NCBI GenBank assembly: GCA_027604505.1
Contig: JADIIX010000120.1
Span: 1-64,000 of the forward strand
Source: Gonapodya sp. JEL0774
Lineage: Eukaryota
Length of the DNA: 64,000 bases
Reading direction: 5' to 3'
The position numbers and the translations under genes are program-made. Below the pieces are notes generated by a model, which was not told the origin of the DNA, searched no databases, and saw only the letters and a program-made list of their open reading frames with translations. Shown piece by piece: positions 42,235-55,118 of this stretch. How positions within the stretch are numbered: the first letter of the stretch is position 1; each line of letters starts with the position of its first letter.

Positions 42235-43988
42235 ATGGCGTCTCCAATTCCCGCTGGATTCCCTGATTTGCGACACGAGAGCCTGCTCAATGTCAGAGGG
42301 AAAGTCTGCCTTGTCACGGGCGGCGGAACGGGAATCGGCAAGAGTTCGTGTGACTATGTTCGAGGCTGACACCCCTTCCACGACTCTGACTGCCTTCCCA
42401 AAAGTGATGGCTACCGCACTCGTGCGAAATGGTGCCACTGTATATATTTCATCCAGAAAACTACCGGTTCTCGAGGCAGTCGCCAGGGAGATCACGGCCC
42501 TCGGTCCGGGTACCTGTTACGCAATACAGGCTGACCTTTCCAGTAAGAAGGCCTGCTATGATCTTGCTGCAGAACTGGCAAAGCGGGAGGATAGGCTGCA
42601 CCTGCTTGTGAACAACTCAGGAGCGGTGTGGGGAGCTGTGAGTCCGAATAATGATGTTCAGCGTCGGTCTCCCCTAAACTTTTGTTCCATTTGTGTTTGG
42701 TTATGCATTCTCCTGTCATTTTTTTTGCGCATCCAGCCATTGGAAGATTATCCTGAGGTGCAAGGATGGACCAAGATCATGCAACTCAACCTGATGTGCA
42801 TATTCTATCTTACCACCGCGTGAGTCATCCTTGCGCTCATTCTCCAGGACGTATCCCTCTCGCTCCTCTCATCACTTTACACCCGTGCCGGAAAACATCA
42901 TCACCGTCCCCCATGCTTACGAACCCGGAAACAACAAACACTCAGATGCCTCCCTCTGCTCGAAAAGGGCTCACGTGGTCCCACAGACCCCGCCCGCGTC
43001 GTAACCATTGCCAGTGCTTTGGGAATCGTACCTCACGATACATAGTGAGTATGCCGTCACACTGCGGACCCACTAGCTGCCCTCTGAAAACGGAAAATTT
43101 CCGCATCTCGCATCCTACCTTGCGCTTCACCTCAACCTGCTTCCCACGCACCCAAGTTTGGGAATGGACGGAACCACTAACGTGTCTTACAACGCGACAA
43201 AGGCCGCGGATTTACACATGACGAGGCATCTGGCGGGAATGCTCGCTAAACGGGGCGTGGTGAGTGTTTTGCTGAGCACCGGGGGTCATTGGGGATGGAG
43301 CCAACAAGGGGGATGTGACGGACTCGACTCGGTGTGAGTCCCCGGTGGGATGATCGAAAATACATACAAATCAACTGGTTTGTCTTCTTTTGACAATCTT
43401 CTTTGGCTTTTGCTTCATTTGCGAAACCCACCCGCCCCGTCTTCTCCACCAAGACCGTGAACACCGTTGCACCTGGAATAGTACCCACGAAATTCGTTAA
43501 GTTTGGAATGAGCCAGAATCAGCGATTGTTGTTGAAGGAGTATCCCATGGGTAAGAGCTTCCATACTTCCCGATTCTGTTTCGCCTCGTTGTAGTATCCT
43601 GTCTGCGGCGTGTGACGGAGCCACTCCATTTCGTTTCCCCTCTCTGCTCTTGATCACGACAACACCATGTGACCGCATACACGGTATTTACGTCTTACTT
43701 TCATTTCACTCAGGCCGATTCGCGGTGCCCACTGACGTTGGAGGGACGATACTCTTTTTGGCATGTGAGTTGCTTGTTTTTTCACAGCAAAGGGGTGGGA
43801 CGTCGTGGTTTGATGATCCAATCAACAATGGCGTGCGCCGTTCACTGCCCACTCTGATTCCCTTGTCATCTTGCCTCACCCGGCATCCAACCCAAAACTC
43901 AGCCAAAGCATCGTCGCATATCACGGGTGCGACACTCGTTCTTGACGGAGGATGGAGTTTAGAGGATTCTGGATACTCGCGGCTGTAA
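42235..43988 (+). CDS. Short-chain dehydrogenase/reductase (classical SDR, RhlG-like)
   Basis: LVTGGGTGIG, LVNNSGAVWG, catalytic YNATK, TVNTVAPG, ITGATLVLDGG. Confidence 0.9.
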
Positions 43989-44239
43989 TTACTTCGCTGT
44001 TGTTGAGGGGGGGCGAGGGGTTCCCGCATGGCGTGCACGAATGGAGGATTCATGGTTTGAAACAAACAAACGCAATATTCGGATTGTGAAGGGAGATAAT
44101 CAAGTAAACCATCTTATTATGCACTCGAAAAATATGCATCTTCGCATGGTACTATGGCATTTGATTCCGGTGAGCACCAGAATCAACGATAAGATAAACT
44201 CCACAACCATCACGGTCCATAATCACCAACATCGAAGCC

Positions 44240-47191
44240 ATGTCTGATACGAAACCCCCCCTCACCTCTCGCACTCCCCTCTTCCCACAGGCGCCCGTAT
44301 CATCCCGCGCTCAAGCGTCGCTGTCTTCTGAAAACCAGCTTGGGCAAGGACGAGCCCGAGCTCAGGCGAACGAGTACGACGAGCTGTCGAACCCTTCGGG
44401 AATAATAAACTTGGGCGTCGCTGAAAATAGACTTATGTGGAAGGATATCCTGGAGAAGGTGCTTTAGCGAGGGGTTCCTCCCTCTCTTCCGCACCATTGG
44501 TGTTGTCTAAACCCTCGCTCACGGTTCCGCACATTCACGATTCCTTACAAGCTCAACTCAGGATTCGTCTACGAATCTTCCCATCTCCAGTACCCGCCCT
44601 ACTACGGAACCGAAGGCCTTCGCACCGCGATCGCCGCGGTCCTGAATTCGATCCTGGTGCCTCTGCCCAATGCCAAAGTTTCCCCACAACATATAGTCGT
44701 CACCAACGGTTGTGGTTCAGCGATTTCAGTTCTGGCCAGCGTTTTGGCCGATCAGGGTCAAGGCGTTTTGGTCCCTGCGCCGTATTACGGGGGATTTCGT
44801 GAGTTGGTTGGCGACCGCAATTACTTGTTGCATTATGAGTCCCCTCTGAATGCTGATGGAGACTATTTGACTGTAGATTCTGATTTGGAAGACGAATCAG
44901 GCGTGAAATGCATTGGTGTGAACTGTGACCCCGAAGACAAATTCCGCCTCAGCTTTGACAGACTGGACCAAGCGTAGTAAGTTGTCGGAGATGGCCCGAT
45001 GTGATCGTCGAGTTGTGAGTCCCGACTGCAACTCAACCTTAATCATCCTCAAAACATGGCGCTCTGCCTTTGTCGTGTCCAGCCACCGCGCAAGTGCAAA
45101 GGGCGTCCACGTCCGCGCCCTCCTAATCTGCTCTCCGAACAACCCTCTTGGCAACTGCTACGCTCGCTCAGAACTAGTGGACATGATGCGATGGTGCGCA
45201 AAGAGGCGAGTCTCTTTCGTCAGCGATGAAATCTATGCCGGGAGCTGGTTCGGCGGCTCAGACGGTAAGTGATCTTAAACAAGTTTCTTTGTTCCTTCAC
45301 GGGTCGATCTTGTGGTGACAGCTCCTCATATGTTTCTATGAATGGCCGATCTCCAAAAATACTCTGTGGAACGTTTTATCCAAAACCCACTCTTCAAGAG
45401 ACCAACCGAGAAGATCCCCTCCACCCTTTTGTTTCTGTCCTTGCAATCGACTCAGAGGCGGAAGCCGGCCTACCAAAGGAAATGGTCCATGTTCTGTGGG
45501 GCCTTTCCAAGTGAGCACGATGACACTTGCGGGTGACATCTCTTTTAGGCTCATTGGGGGGCGTGTCTCATCTACCCGATCTCCAATTGCTCAGAGATTT
45601 TAACATGAACGGATTGAGAGGTGATCAAAGTGAACTAATTCTTGGTATCGGGCCACAGAGGATCTCACAATTGTAGCGCTTTTGCGCAGTCGGAGCCATT
45701 CAATCCCGGAACACGCTAGTCATCGCCGCATGCCGCAACCTGGCAAAGTTTCACGGTACGCTATCATGCGTCTCAAACCTCGTTTTGACCCATGTCCCGT
45801 GGGTTCTGCGCGGCTTCGATAACCTTTAGGCCCCCCTCTAGCCATAGCCCACCCTTTGCACACCTTGCTGACCACACTCCTCTCCGACACTTTTTTCCTC
45901 ACCACACACACGGAGACCAATAAGAACCGTCTGAGAGACATGTATGGGCGGATAACTGGGTGGTTGAGGGAGCGCAAGATTGGCTTCCTCCGCGCCAACG
46001 CGGGATTCTTTCTGTGGGTAGATTTCCGCAAGTACGTACAGAAGCTCGGCGGAAAAGTGTTCAGCTTGCAAGGGCCAGTCGGAGAAGAGTATTACGAGGA
46101 CTTCTTTGATGTAGGTAGAGCGGAGGAGGTGGAATGGAGTGTCAATCTTTCTCCGTGAACTCGAGGTGAATGTTTTGGGCGGATAATCTTTTCACACAAG
46201 CAATCACTGCTTAGGCTCCACTCGATCGATCTGCGGAGCGGGAATTGGCGGGTCGCTTTCTCAATGCCGGGGTGTGAGTTGCTTTTGTCGCCTTCCCTTC
46301 AATCCAAATGTTGAAAATTCTCCCGATCCCTGCACCGTACAGCTACGTTGCCCACAGCGAGGCGTTTTACAGTCGCGATATGGGTGGGAGTCTCTACAAG
46401 TGTTGATTGCAAAAGAAGCTTTGTCTCTGTTCATAAGGTCCTGACAATTCTGTTCTCTCCAAGGATGGTTTCGTATCGTGTACGCGACCGACGATTGGAG
46501 GAAACTGGAACTTGCTCTCTCCCGCATGTGGACTGTTCTGCAGAAGATCGATCTCGAAGTCGACGACGTCCCGCCCGCATTCGCCGAACCATCATCGTCG
46601 TCGTCGTCGTCGACTCTGTCCCCTGTTCTCCTGTCAGCGAAATCAGATCCCCTTACGTTTTCGCACTTGGGAATCAATGCCACTGATCCCAGCCTTCTCG
46701 TAGACTTTTACACGAACGCTCTGGGCTTCACAGTTACAGACACAGGGTTCTTGGATACACCAACCGGTCGTGTGCATCTCACCTTCACGAGCCGATCACC
46801 CAAAGATCACCACCAAATTGTCATCGCTTCTGGAAAACCGAAAGACGTGCCCTTCAACGTTGTCAATCAGATTAGCTTAGACGCGCACAATTTGCCTGCC
46901 ATACGGAGATTCGCACGCCGATGTGTGCAACATGGAGCCACCGATGTGCAACCAGTCACACATGGGAATGCGATCAGTGTATATTTGAGAGATCCAGAGG
47001 GTAATCGGATAGAGATTTTCATGGACACGCCCTGGTACATCAATCAACCGCACCGTGTACCAATCCCGGACTTTGATGCAAAGACCGACGTGGAGGTTAT
47101 GAAGTGGGTGGAGGAGCATTCACGTGAAAATGAAGGATTTGTTGATCGGGAGTTGTGGGTGGACAGGATGAAGGAACGGATGGGGGTTTAA
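44240..47191 (+). CDS. ACC-synthase-like PLP enzyme (aminotransferase class I/II) fused to a C-terminal VOC/glyoxalase-dioxygenase domain
   Basis: GIINLGVAENRL, PAPYYGGF, SPNNPLG, SDEIYA, WGLSK/DFNMNGLR/VG (PLP Lys), AGFFLWVD, GWFRIVYA. The last exon (46464-47191) continues without a stop through a Ser linker into FSHLG..FYTNALGFTVTD..HHQIV..THGNAISVYLRDPEGNRIEIF. Confidence 0.88.
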
Positions 47192-47514
47192 GAATACTGT
47201 TTTGTATTTGATGTGTGCCACCCTACCTTATGTGATATCTAGTGACAGTTGGAGAGGGTCCGAGGTTCATGCACTTTATTTGGCACAAAGTGGGAGTCTA
47301 ATAGCGTTGGATGCACAGACTCCCAGTAGCGGCGGGCTTGACATATTCCCAAATTGGGGGAGAGACCAATTGCGAATCTCAACTTCCATCGTCCCGGCCT
47401 TTCAACCTCTTCAGTGGAGATTCCCCGCAATCCTAAGTCAGCACCGTATTTAAAGTAATTTTATTGCGAAGAAGCACATAGAGCTCAACGTGGATTAAGT
47501 TTGAGGAAAGACAT

Positions 47515-50290
47515 ATGTTGACCTGTTTGGTGACCTACCGGACGTGCACCGCTGAAACTATCCACTTACAGCATCTGAGTTTCGAACGGTTTCCGATGGC
47601 GACCAGTGCTCTTTCCGAGAACGGTAATATTCCAAATATCGCGAACATTTATCCCTCTGCGCTATTAGATTTCATCTCCTTCATTTTCCCCTGATTTGAG
47701 AAGAAAACGCGACATCACTTGTAGAGCAATCTGATCGAAATGAAACGCCGATGGAACTCAATGAAATCTCTGAACCTGACTCCGAACTCAGCGATCTCCA
47801 ATCACGCATAGCGCGCCTTCCTATCCCCTTCGAACTTCTTCTCGCTGGTTTGTCATACCCTCGACCAGCGCCGCCGCTGTTTGTGGAAGTCGCGGACGAC
47901 GGCACGACCAGCGACGAGGTGGCGGAAGATCTGGTGAAACAAGGTATAACCACCGTGTTTACAAAGCTGTCGCTGCCCGTAAGTGTCGAGGCACCAGCGT
48001 CAAAGTGGTTCCACGTTGAACTCGGACTACGCCGGTGCAGGGTCAAGGCCTTTCAGACCTTTCTTTCTTAAAAAGTTTCAAATATATTCAAACGCTTGAG
48101 TTGCCGGGGAACGGCATCACCAGTGGGTGATGCTCAACTGTGCTCAAGAATGCTTCCGGGGAGTGGCTGAAGATATTGTCTCCAGGTGCCGAACCCCTCT
48201 CCCATCTGCCTCACCTAGTCCATGTTGACCTTTCCGGCAACCGCCTTTCCACTGTCCTCGAGGAAATTCACCCGATAACCCCTTCCAAGTCCATCCCTCC
48301 TCTGGAGTCAGTAGACTTATCCCGAAATCAGATTCAGAGAATAGGAGACCTGTCCAGACACAGATATCTCAGAAGCTTGACGCTTGAGCGCAATTTAATA
48401 ATGGGGATTGAAGGACTGGATGGGTGCAAGTACCTTACGGAGCTGAGGTGCGTTGTCGCATCATTCACGGAATATTGTAGTTTCGATTAAATCCCGTGAG
48501 CTTACGTCAGACTCGGACACAACGGAATAAGCAAGCTAACGGGACTTGATAATCTTCCTTTGACAAAACTCGATCTGGTGAGTTTCCCGACTCAAAGAAT
48601 AACCTGATCTTACGTCTGGTAGCGACCGAACGCCCGGCTCCGCTTGCAGCGTTGGAACCGCCTCACTTCACTGTCCGGCCTCTCTCGGCTTCCCAACCTT
48701 ACCCACTTGATCGCTCCTCACAATGCTGTGTCCTCGCTCTCCTCATTATTTGACTGCTCCGTTACCAACCCACGCCTATCCCACCTTGACCTTGCCCACA
48801 ACCTCATCGCCGACATCGCTGAGCTAAATCCCCTCAAAGATGCCGTGATGTTGAGAGCATTAGTGCTAAAGGGCAACCCCGTGGCGGGGAGAGGCGATTG
48901 GGGGGACGGCGATGGGGATCAGGGTGATGGAAAGGGCGGCCCTCCACGGTCGAACGCCTCCCGTTCCATATCTTCGTCTACAGGTCAAATTGCATCGTTC
49001 TCCTCACTACACCAATCTGCAGTAGCTTTACACACGGTTGGGTCTCGGCCCCCATCTAGCTCCACCATTTCTCATTCAAAATCACCTGTCCCCGCAGACA
49101 CCTATCGCCTCTCCGCAATTTTCATGCTCCCTTGTCTCACTTCACTTGATGATCACCCTGTGACTGCCGAAGATAAAGTCGCCGCAGTGAATCGCTTCGA
49201 CCCTCCCCCCGAGGTGCGAGCAGCCGTAGCGCACGCAGAGCGGACTGCGAAGCAAGCGAAACTCTACGCCCGTGTTCGGCACACCGATCTGATGCACCAC
49301 CGCAGCGGGAGATTGAGACCTGTTGTACTGTGCGGGCCTTCTGGTGTTGGGAAGAGAACACTTGCAGCGCGACTTGCCGCGGAGTCCCCTCATGTGTTTG
49401 GTTTGGCTGTTTCGCACACGACGAGGGCTCCAAGACCTGGTGAAGAGGATGGGGTTCACTACAGATTTGTTGGAAAGGCTGAAATGGAGGAGATGGTAGA
49501 GGCTGGCGAGTTTGTGGAAAGCGTGACTTTGTTCGGAAATATGTACGGAACAAGTGTGGGGGAAGTGGATCGTGTGGCAGAAGAGGGCAAAGTCTGTGTG
49601 ATGAGCGTGGAAGTTGAGGTACGTGCGGGGCCTGTATGATCGTCTCGCTTCAAACACTGACTCCAGTGCTACTGCCTATCACCGAAACTCCAGGGAATTG
49701 CGGCTTTACGCCGCTCCACAATCAGGCCCCGATACGTTTATGTCGCGGCACCTAACATCGAAGCCATTAGTACACGGCTACAGAACCGACAACGGACAAT
49801 GCACTCGTCACACATCTCACGGTCAAGGACTCAAACGAAGCTGAGCTCGGCGGGACACTCAAACGTGCGGAGCGAGGATGACACAGCCTCGCTTATGCAC
49901 GGACTGCAGGAACCACCGTCCTTGCCTAAGTCAGAAGAACCGGGAACAGTAGCGGCTGTGGAAGAAGAGATACGAAGATGGATGGAGAATGCTGAACAGA
50001 GTCTGGTTTCCGCAGAGAAGCTCGGCATGAACTTCTTTGATCTGGTTGTCATTAATGACAATGTGGAATTGGCGTATAGACAACTCAAGGTGGGTTTCAG
50101 AACACCTCCGTTCCTTCCTTGCGTGTTGCTGCTTCTCCGTATGAGATTGTCCAATTTTTCATAGGATTTCGCCCTTTTGGCGTGTAAACCTTCAGCATAT
50201 GATGACATAGATTTTAAAATGGACGAGAATGAAAGTGTAATCGAAGTGGGACAGCATGTTGAAGATTCGTGGGAAGAAGATAGGCAATGA
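47515..50290 (+). CDS. LRGUK: Leucine-rich repeat and guanylate kinase domain protein (flagellar)
   Basis: SDS22-like LRRs (LVHVDLSGNRL, LESVDLSRNQI, LTHLIAPHNAV, LSHLDLAHNLI) and LRR cap LTSLD..EDKVAAVNRFDPPPEV, followed by GK PVVLCGPSGVGK..SHTTRAPRPGEEDGVHYRFV..YGTS. The start may be 47596. Confidence 0.85.
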
Positions 50291-50396
50291 AGAGGATCTT
50301 CACCCACACTCGGAAGGCTAATGCGTTGCCTTGCAGTACTATTCGCTTGTACCATTCGAATTCTTTTGCAAAGAAAATGGAATAGACAAAAGAATC

Positions 50397-51879
50397 TCAT
50401 GCTACTATTCTCAAGTCTTCTTTGCGTGCAATGTCAAACACATCTTTATAGTTGGCGTACAATGCGGAAAGCCGCTCAACATATTTGGTGTGCCAGAGAA
50501 ATATATCGTCATGCGACGGATGTGGAATATGAGGCAACTCCAGTGGTTGTCCAACTAAAGGAGGTGCGACAGCCAGACATGTGTTGCAATATGTTGTTAG
50601 GAAAGACAAGACGAGCAAAATCAAAACCACAACAAACACAGTCAAAGTACTATCTCCTGCACTATTGGACACAGACTCACCGACAATTCGAAGCGGAACC
50701 TCTCTGAATGCGTACCACAATGGGAAGGGGTCATCCCCTCGGATACTTAGGAACAAAGGCACCCAGCCGAATACTCTACGAAACCACACATAGAATTGAG
50801 CGAGAGTCGGCGAAGTCTCCACCCGGAACAAGTCGTTTTCACCAAACGCGTAAACGGGGACGATGGGAGTGCTGCGCGATACGTTGTCGGGGCGAGCAAT
50901 AGCTGCAAAAATGGTTCAGGCAAACTCACCCACTAGAGAGAGCCAATCGAATGAACCCATGACGCTTATTCAGGACAAGCTTGTTGGTTCTTGGTTCCGC
51001 GAGTTGGGCTGTCAACAAGACATCGCTCGGTCCAAAATCGAAAGCCAGAACGAAACAATCAAAGAAGTCACATTCTTGTGCACCTCCAACAACGAGGCAA
51101 GGTGCGTTGCCAGTCCGCTTATTCTTCCCGCGCATGAGATAGTCGAGAGATTTCCGCTCTGCGCTTATGAATCCTCGTCCAAGCAGCCACTCTCGCGCAA
51201 AAGGAATCCAGAACTTTAGAGTGACAGGAAACCACAATGAGAGCGATTGCAAGCTGAAGATCTCTCCCAAAAACCTCACATTGCTTGAGATCGTCGCAAC
51301 AGTTGTTTGTAGTCCCGGCAGAACCGTTTTGGGGCTGCCAAAGTGGGCGTTTGGGTGAGAGAGTCGCATGCGCTTCTCCAAAGCGTCTTCTGCCTTCGAT
51401 CTAGGATATTCGTCCTGTGTGAAAATGGCCCAAAAGCTGTACCCTATCACGCCTTGGGAGTTCGAGAAGATATCGAGCTCAGTATATTTGACCGGACACA
51501 CAGAGGAGCACCTACCGTGAGGGTGGCAAGCCAAAAGGTAGTTCTTGGATGGGTTCAGTTCGGGTCCGTCACGAATGAGTCGAATGTCATGATAGTCTGT
51601 CATCCATTTACTCCATGGACCATTCCTTACTGTACCAGAGATGCGCGCACCTCGACGCGGAGCAGAATCGGTGACGATAAAGACGGCATACGCGATTGCC
51701 ACCGGAATCAGTGAGGGGAATCGGGTGCAGAGGTATGCAAACAGTATAAATCCTCCGGGAAGGAGGACGACTGAATACGTGAACACAAGGAGACCCCGAA
51801 GATGAACAGGATCAAAAAAACCGCGATGAATATGTTCGCGTGGAGGACATTCCCCCGATGAATCCAGTGGATGCGTCAT
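50397..51879 (-). CDS. Diacylglycerol acyltransferase DGAT2/MOGAT family
   Basis: YLLACHPHG, N-terminal TM helices, PFAREWLL, LVVGGAQE, LVLNKRHGFIRLAL, C-terminal VGQPLELP. Confidence 0.88.
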
Positions 51880-51998
51880 AGTTCATATATGGTCCCTGTT
51901 TATTAAACACGCCCAGTCAGCACATATATAAGCCCATACATGGAAAGCCCTTCACGCTCCAGGAACAACTCCATTTATGGTAAGTTACACAAAAACAT

Positions 51999-53525
51999 TC
52001 AAAGACTAGACTTCTGATCTTCAACTCCTAGTCCAACGACAAATCCCTCGAGGGCGTTGTAATCTCCAGCTAATACTCTCTCGACAATCTCCTTAGACCT
52101 TTCAGGTCCAAAGCCTTTCTCAACTTTTATCCAAGCTCCGCAAACTCGCATGGTCCGATCCCACATATCGCGTTGGCGACGAGCGAACTCTGCACCTCCA
52201 AGCTCTTTCACTCGCTCTCCAGACCACCCAGGAGCGAAGAAAAAGTGGGAATTCGGGGGGCGGAACGACGCTACTGAGGGTACAGGTGATGACCAGTGTG
52301 ACTTCGTGTTCAAGATTACATTTATCAGTGGTTCGGGCAATGTTGAAGGCTTCAAAGTTCGCTCACCGCCCCCACCCTCACAGTTTGTCGGACCCCTGAC
52401 AAACCATATCGGTCGTAAATTGCTTTGGTGACAGAGTCATCGCCTGCCATGTCCACAACCACGCATCCGCCTTCACGAATAGGAAGGTCCTCTGCAATTT
52501 TGGGACTGCGTCCGAGAGGGTGCAACGGAACAGGCAAAAAGCATTATACACACGTGTTTCTCATGCATTACACCCGTCAGAATGCGACCCAACCCACTAG
52601 GTGACGACTGTGTCGAAGCAGTTTCTAAGAGTAGATTTCACGAAATCCAGATTTCTCTGCGAAGTGATTCCGATCGCTTCAGTCGTTGGATCCAATTGTT
52701 TGAGACAGAAACCGAGCGAGTAGGCAGTCTTAGAGGACGCAGATATGATAACCACGGTTTTCGTGGGAGGACCAGTCGGGGAGGAGAAGTTGTTTTTTCC
52801 CAGAACATAGTCCGCAAGAAGATAACCAGTGCTCCAAAGGCCGCGAAGCTAATCAAATCAAGCGGGATGGTCATTGCTGTAAGAAAAGGTGCCCGAACCT
52901 CTAGATGTGCGTACCAGCATCCCTTGATCCTCAAGCTCTTGAGTGGTTGGTGTAGGCAAGTCTCTCTTTGAAACTCGTGAATACGTCAGGTACACTAAAC
53001 GGTCTTCTGGCAAATCATCACGGCGGACAGTGAAAGCCGATGGGGAGGTCTTCGCGGGATTGGGGACCAAGATGCAGTGTGAAGCACAAGGAAAGTAGCC
53101 CCACAACCTTTCTCCTACTTCCACGAGAGGAGAAAGGGAGTGGGTAACGGTAGCAAAGCCCCAAACTGGCATCTTGCCTAGAGCTTTCTGTTTGTCCCCT
53201 TCCACAGGGAAGAAGTCAAAGTATCGAAGAGATCTTCCCGTAGCGAGATATGACACATTGTTACTGGTGACACCGAACTTGTCAATTCGAACGAGTACTT
53301 GAGGTGGGAGCGAAGGGACGACGAGTTTGTCCGTTCGGAAGCAATTGTTCCGAACAACCACGGAATGGAACGCATTCACATTACATTTCATTTCAAAGTC
53401 GCTCTCTCTGTGTCATACATGGACTCACTTTCTCCTTGCTTCAGAGGCCCAAGTTGAGTGGTCCGAACTTCAAACTCGCGTGGATCGGCTTGCTTGAAAA
53501 TGAACTGCACGGATTTGACTGTCAT
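51999..53525 (-). CDS. DUF2855-like protein
   Basis: ILVRIDKFGVTSNNVSY..G..LRYFDFFP..MPVWGFATV..GERLWGYFP, VDMAGD, FFFAP. Exon 1 MTVKSVQF..GE from 53525. Confidence 0.7.
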
Positions 53526-53731
53526 CTCCGAGATTCCCGAATCGATTGGGGTCTAAGTATTGCAAGATTTTGAGATCCTCGTAACGGATGCCTCGCAAAG
53601 GATGGGAGGGCTGATGTGCTGCGACTTTACGCAATGGGACACGTGTCGTCTGTGGACCAACTCAATGGAGTTACTATATTTTTCAACATATTCCGACTTT
53701 TCTGAAGATGAAATAGATATATATACTTTTT

Positions 53732-55118
53732 TCAAGACGTTTTCGGAGCTTCCGCCTTTGCGGCAGTGCTCACCGCTGCAATACCGGAAACGTGTTGAAC
53801 TCCTATGTTCAGAGGAGGCGGGAAAGGAGACGGAAGCACTTGCCTGTCACCGCACTCGTTGCTGCTTGCGCCGCGACCTGCTGTTGCACCACAGCAATAT
53901 CCTGGTCCGTCCCGTCTACAGTCTTGTGCTGGTTCGCCGCCTGCAGAAGCGGGAGTGGCCGTTAAAGTATGGTGGAGTTGGCGGTGGCTCGGTGTTTCGA
54001 GATTAACCCAGCATCCAGTCACCGTACCTTAAGAGCCTCCCACTTCTGTTGAATGGTTTTGGCAGCCTCGGTTGAGGCCAGGGCAGCAACCACACGTTGC
54101 GCTTATTCCACAGAACCGATAGGGATAACTTCATTACATATACTGCGCCGCATAGGGAAGCAAGACCCACCAGAGCTGGCATTCACACTCTTACCCAACG
54201 AGTGTTGATCCTTGATCCATACCTCCAAACGCGATATCGCCTTAACAGTTGAGTCTGATGCAATAACTTTCAAATCAGCCGATAGCTTTTGTGCGTCCAC
54301 TGCTGCTGTAGTGGCATGAGTTTGTGCCTTATTTGCGAGCGTGCTGACATGAGCCGTTGCTGTCTCCACGTGCTTTTGCGCCGCAGCGGGCAAGGCTGCC
54401 ACAACCGCAGCCTGGGCACCGACTGCAGCCGACTGTGCACTCGCAAGAGCTCCAGTAACGGTCGTCTGCACCGTCGTGGCAGCATCTCTAATTTGCGGTT
54501 TGACGATCTCTGCTGCCGTTGTTGCAGAAGCCTGTGCCTGTGCGGTGAGTGTTGAAGTAGCGGCTCTCACATTAGAGACCGCTTGTGCGGCAGAATCTTG
54601 AACAATAGTCGTTGTACCAAGGGCAGCATCTTTGGCCTGTGGAAAGTCGGCAGTCAGCGTGGTAACGATGCTAAAAGGCATGCAGCTTACAGCCTTGAGC
54701 TTTGCCTGATCAATTGATTGGTAGGCTAGTTGAGCTGCCGAGTTGAATTGTGCCTGGTCCGTGACAACGGAGGTGTAAAAGAGGTGCCGACATGCGCTGC
54801 CAAATCTCTCCGACATCCCCCGAAGCCATCCAACGTACAGCAACATCGGTTGCAGTTTTCTGCAGCAGCTCAATCTGATCTTTATGGAACACACTGGTTC
54901 CTTGGATAAGGGAGCCGACCTAAAGTTGCAAGCAGGAATATGTATAATCATCACCTCACATCACGTCAAGGCGATCCATAGCCCGCTTGACATGGCCGTA
55001 CCTGGCTATAGACAAAGCTAAGCAGCGAATCGTCTTTCTGTGATGATGCAGCTCGGGCTTCCTCCTTGATCACGGGATCAAGGGCTTCAACGTGTTCCTG
55101 GGCTTTAGTAGCGCTCAT
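53732..55118 (-). CDS. Ala/Thr/Gln-rich amphipathic helical protein (LEA/perilipin-like)
   Basis: Spliced exons from MSATKAQEHVEAL. Long stretch of AQA/TTAA-type helical repeats. No catalytic motif. Confidence 0.55.

Noticed and set aside
53803..53843. Possible 41-nt GC-AG intron at the end of the LEA-like gene
   Set aside because: Very short, and the unspliced frame also ends plausibly. It cannot be decided without transcripts.
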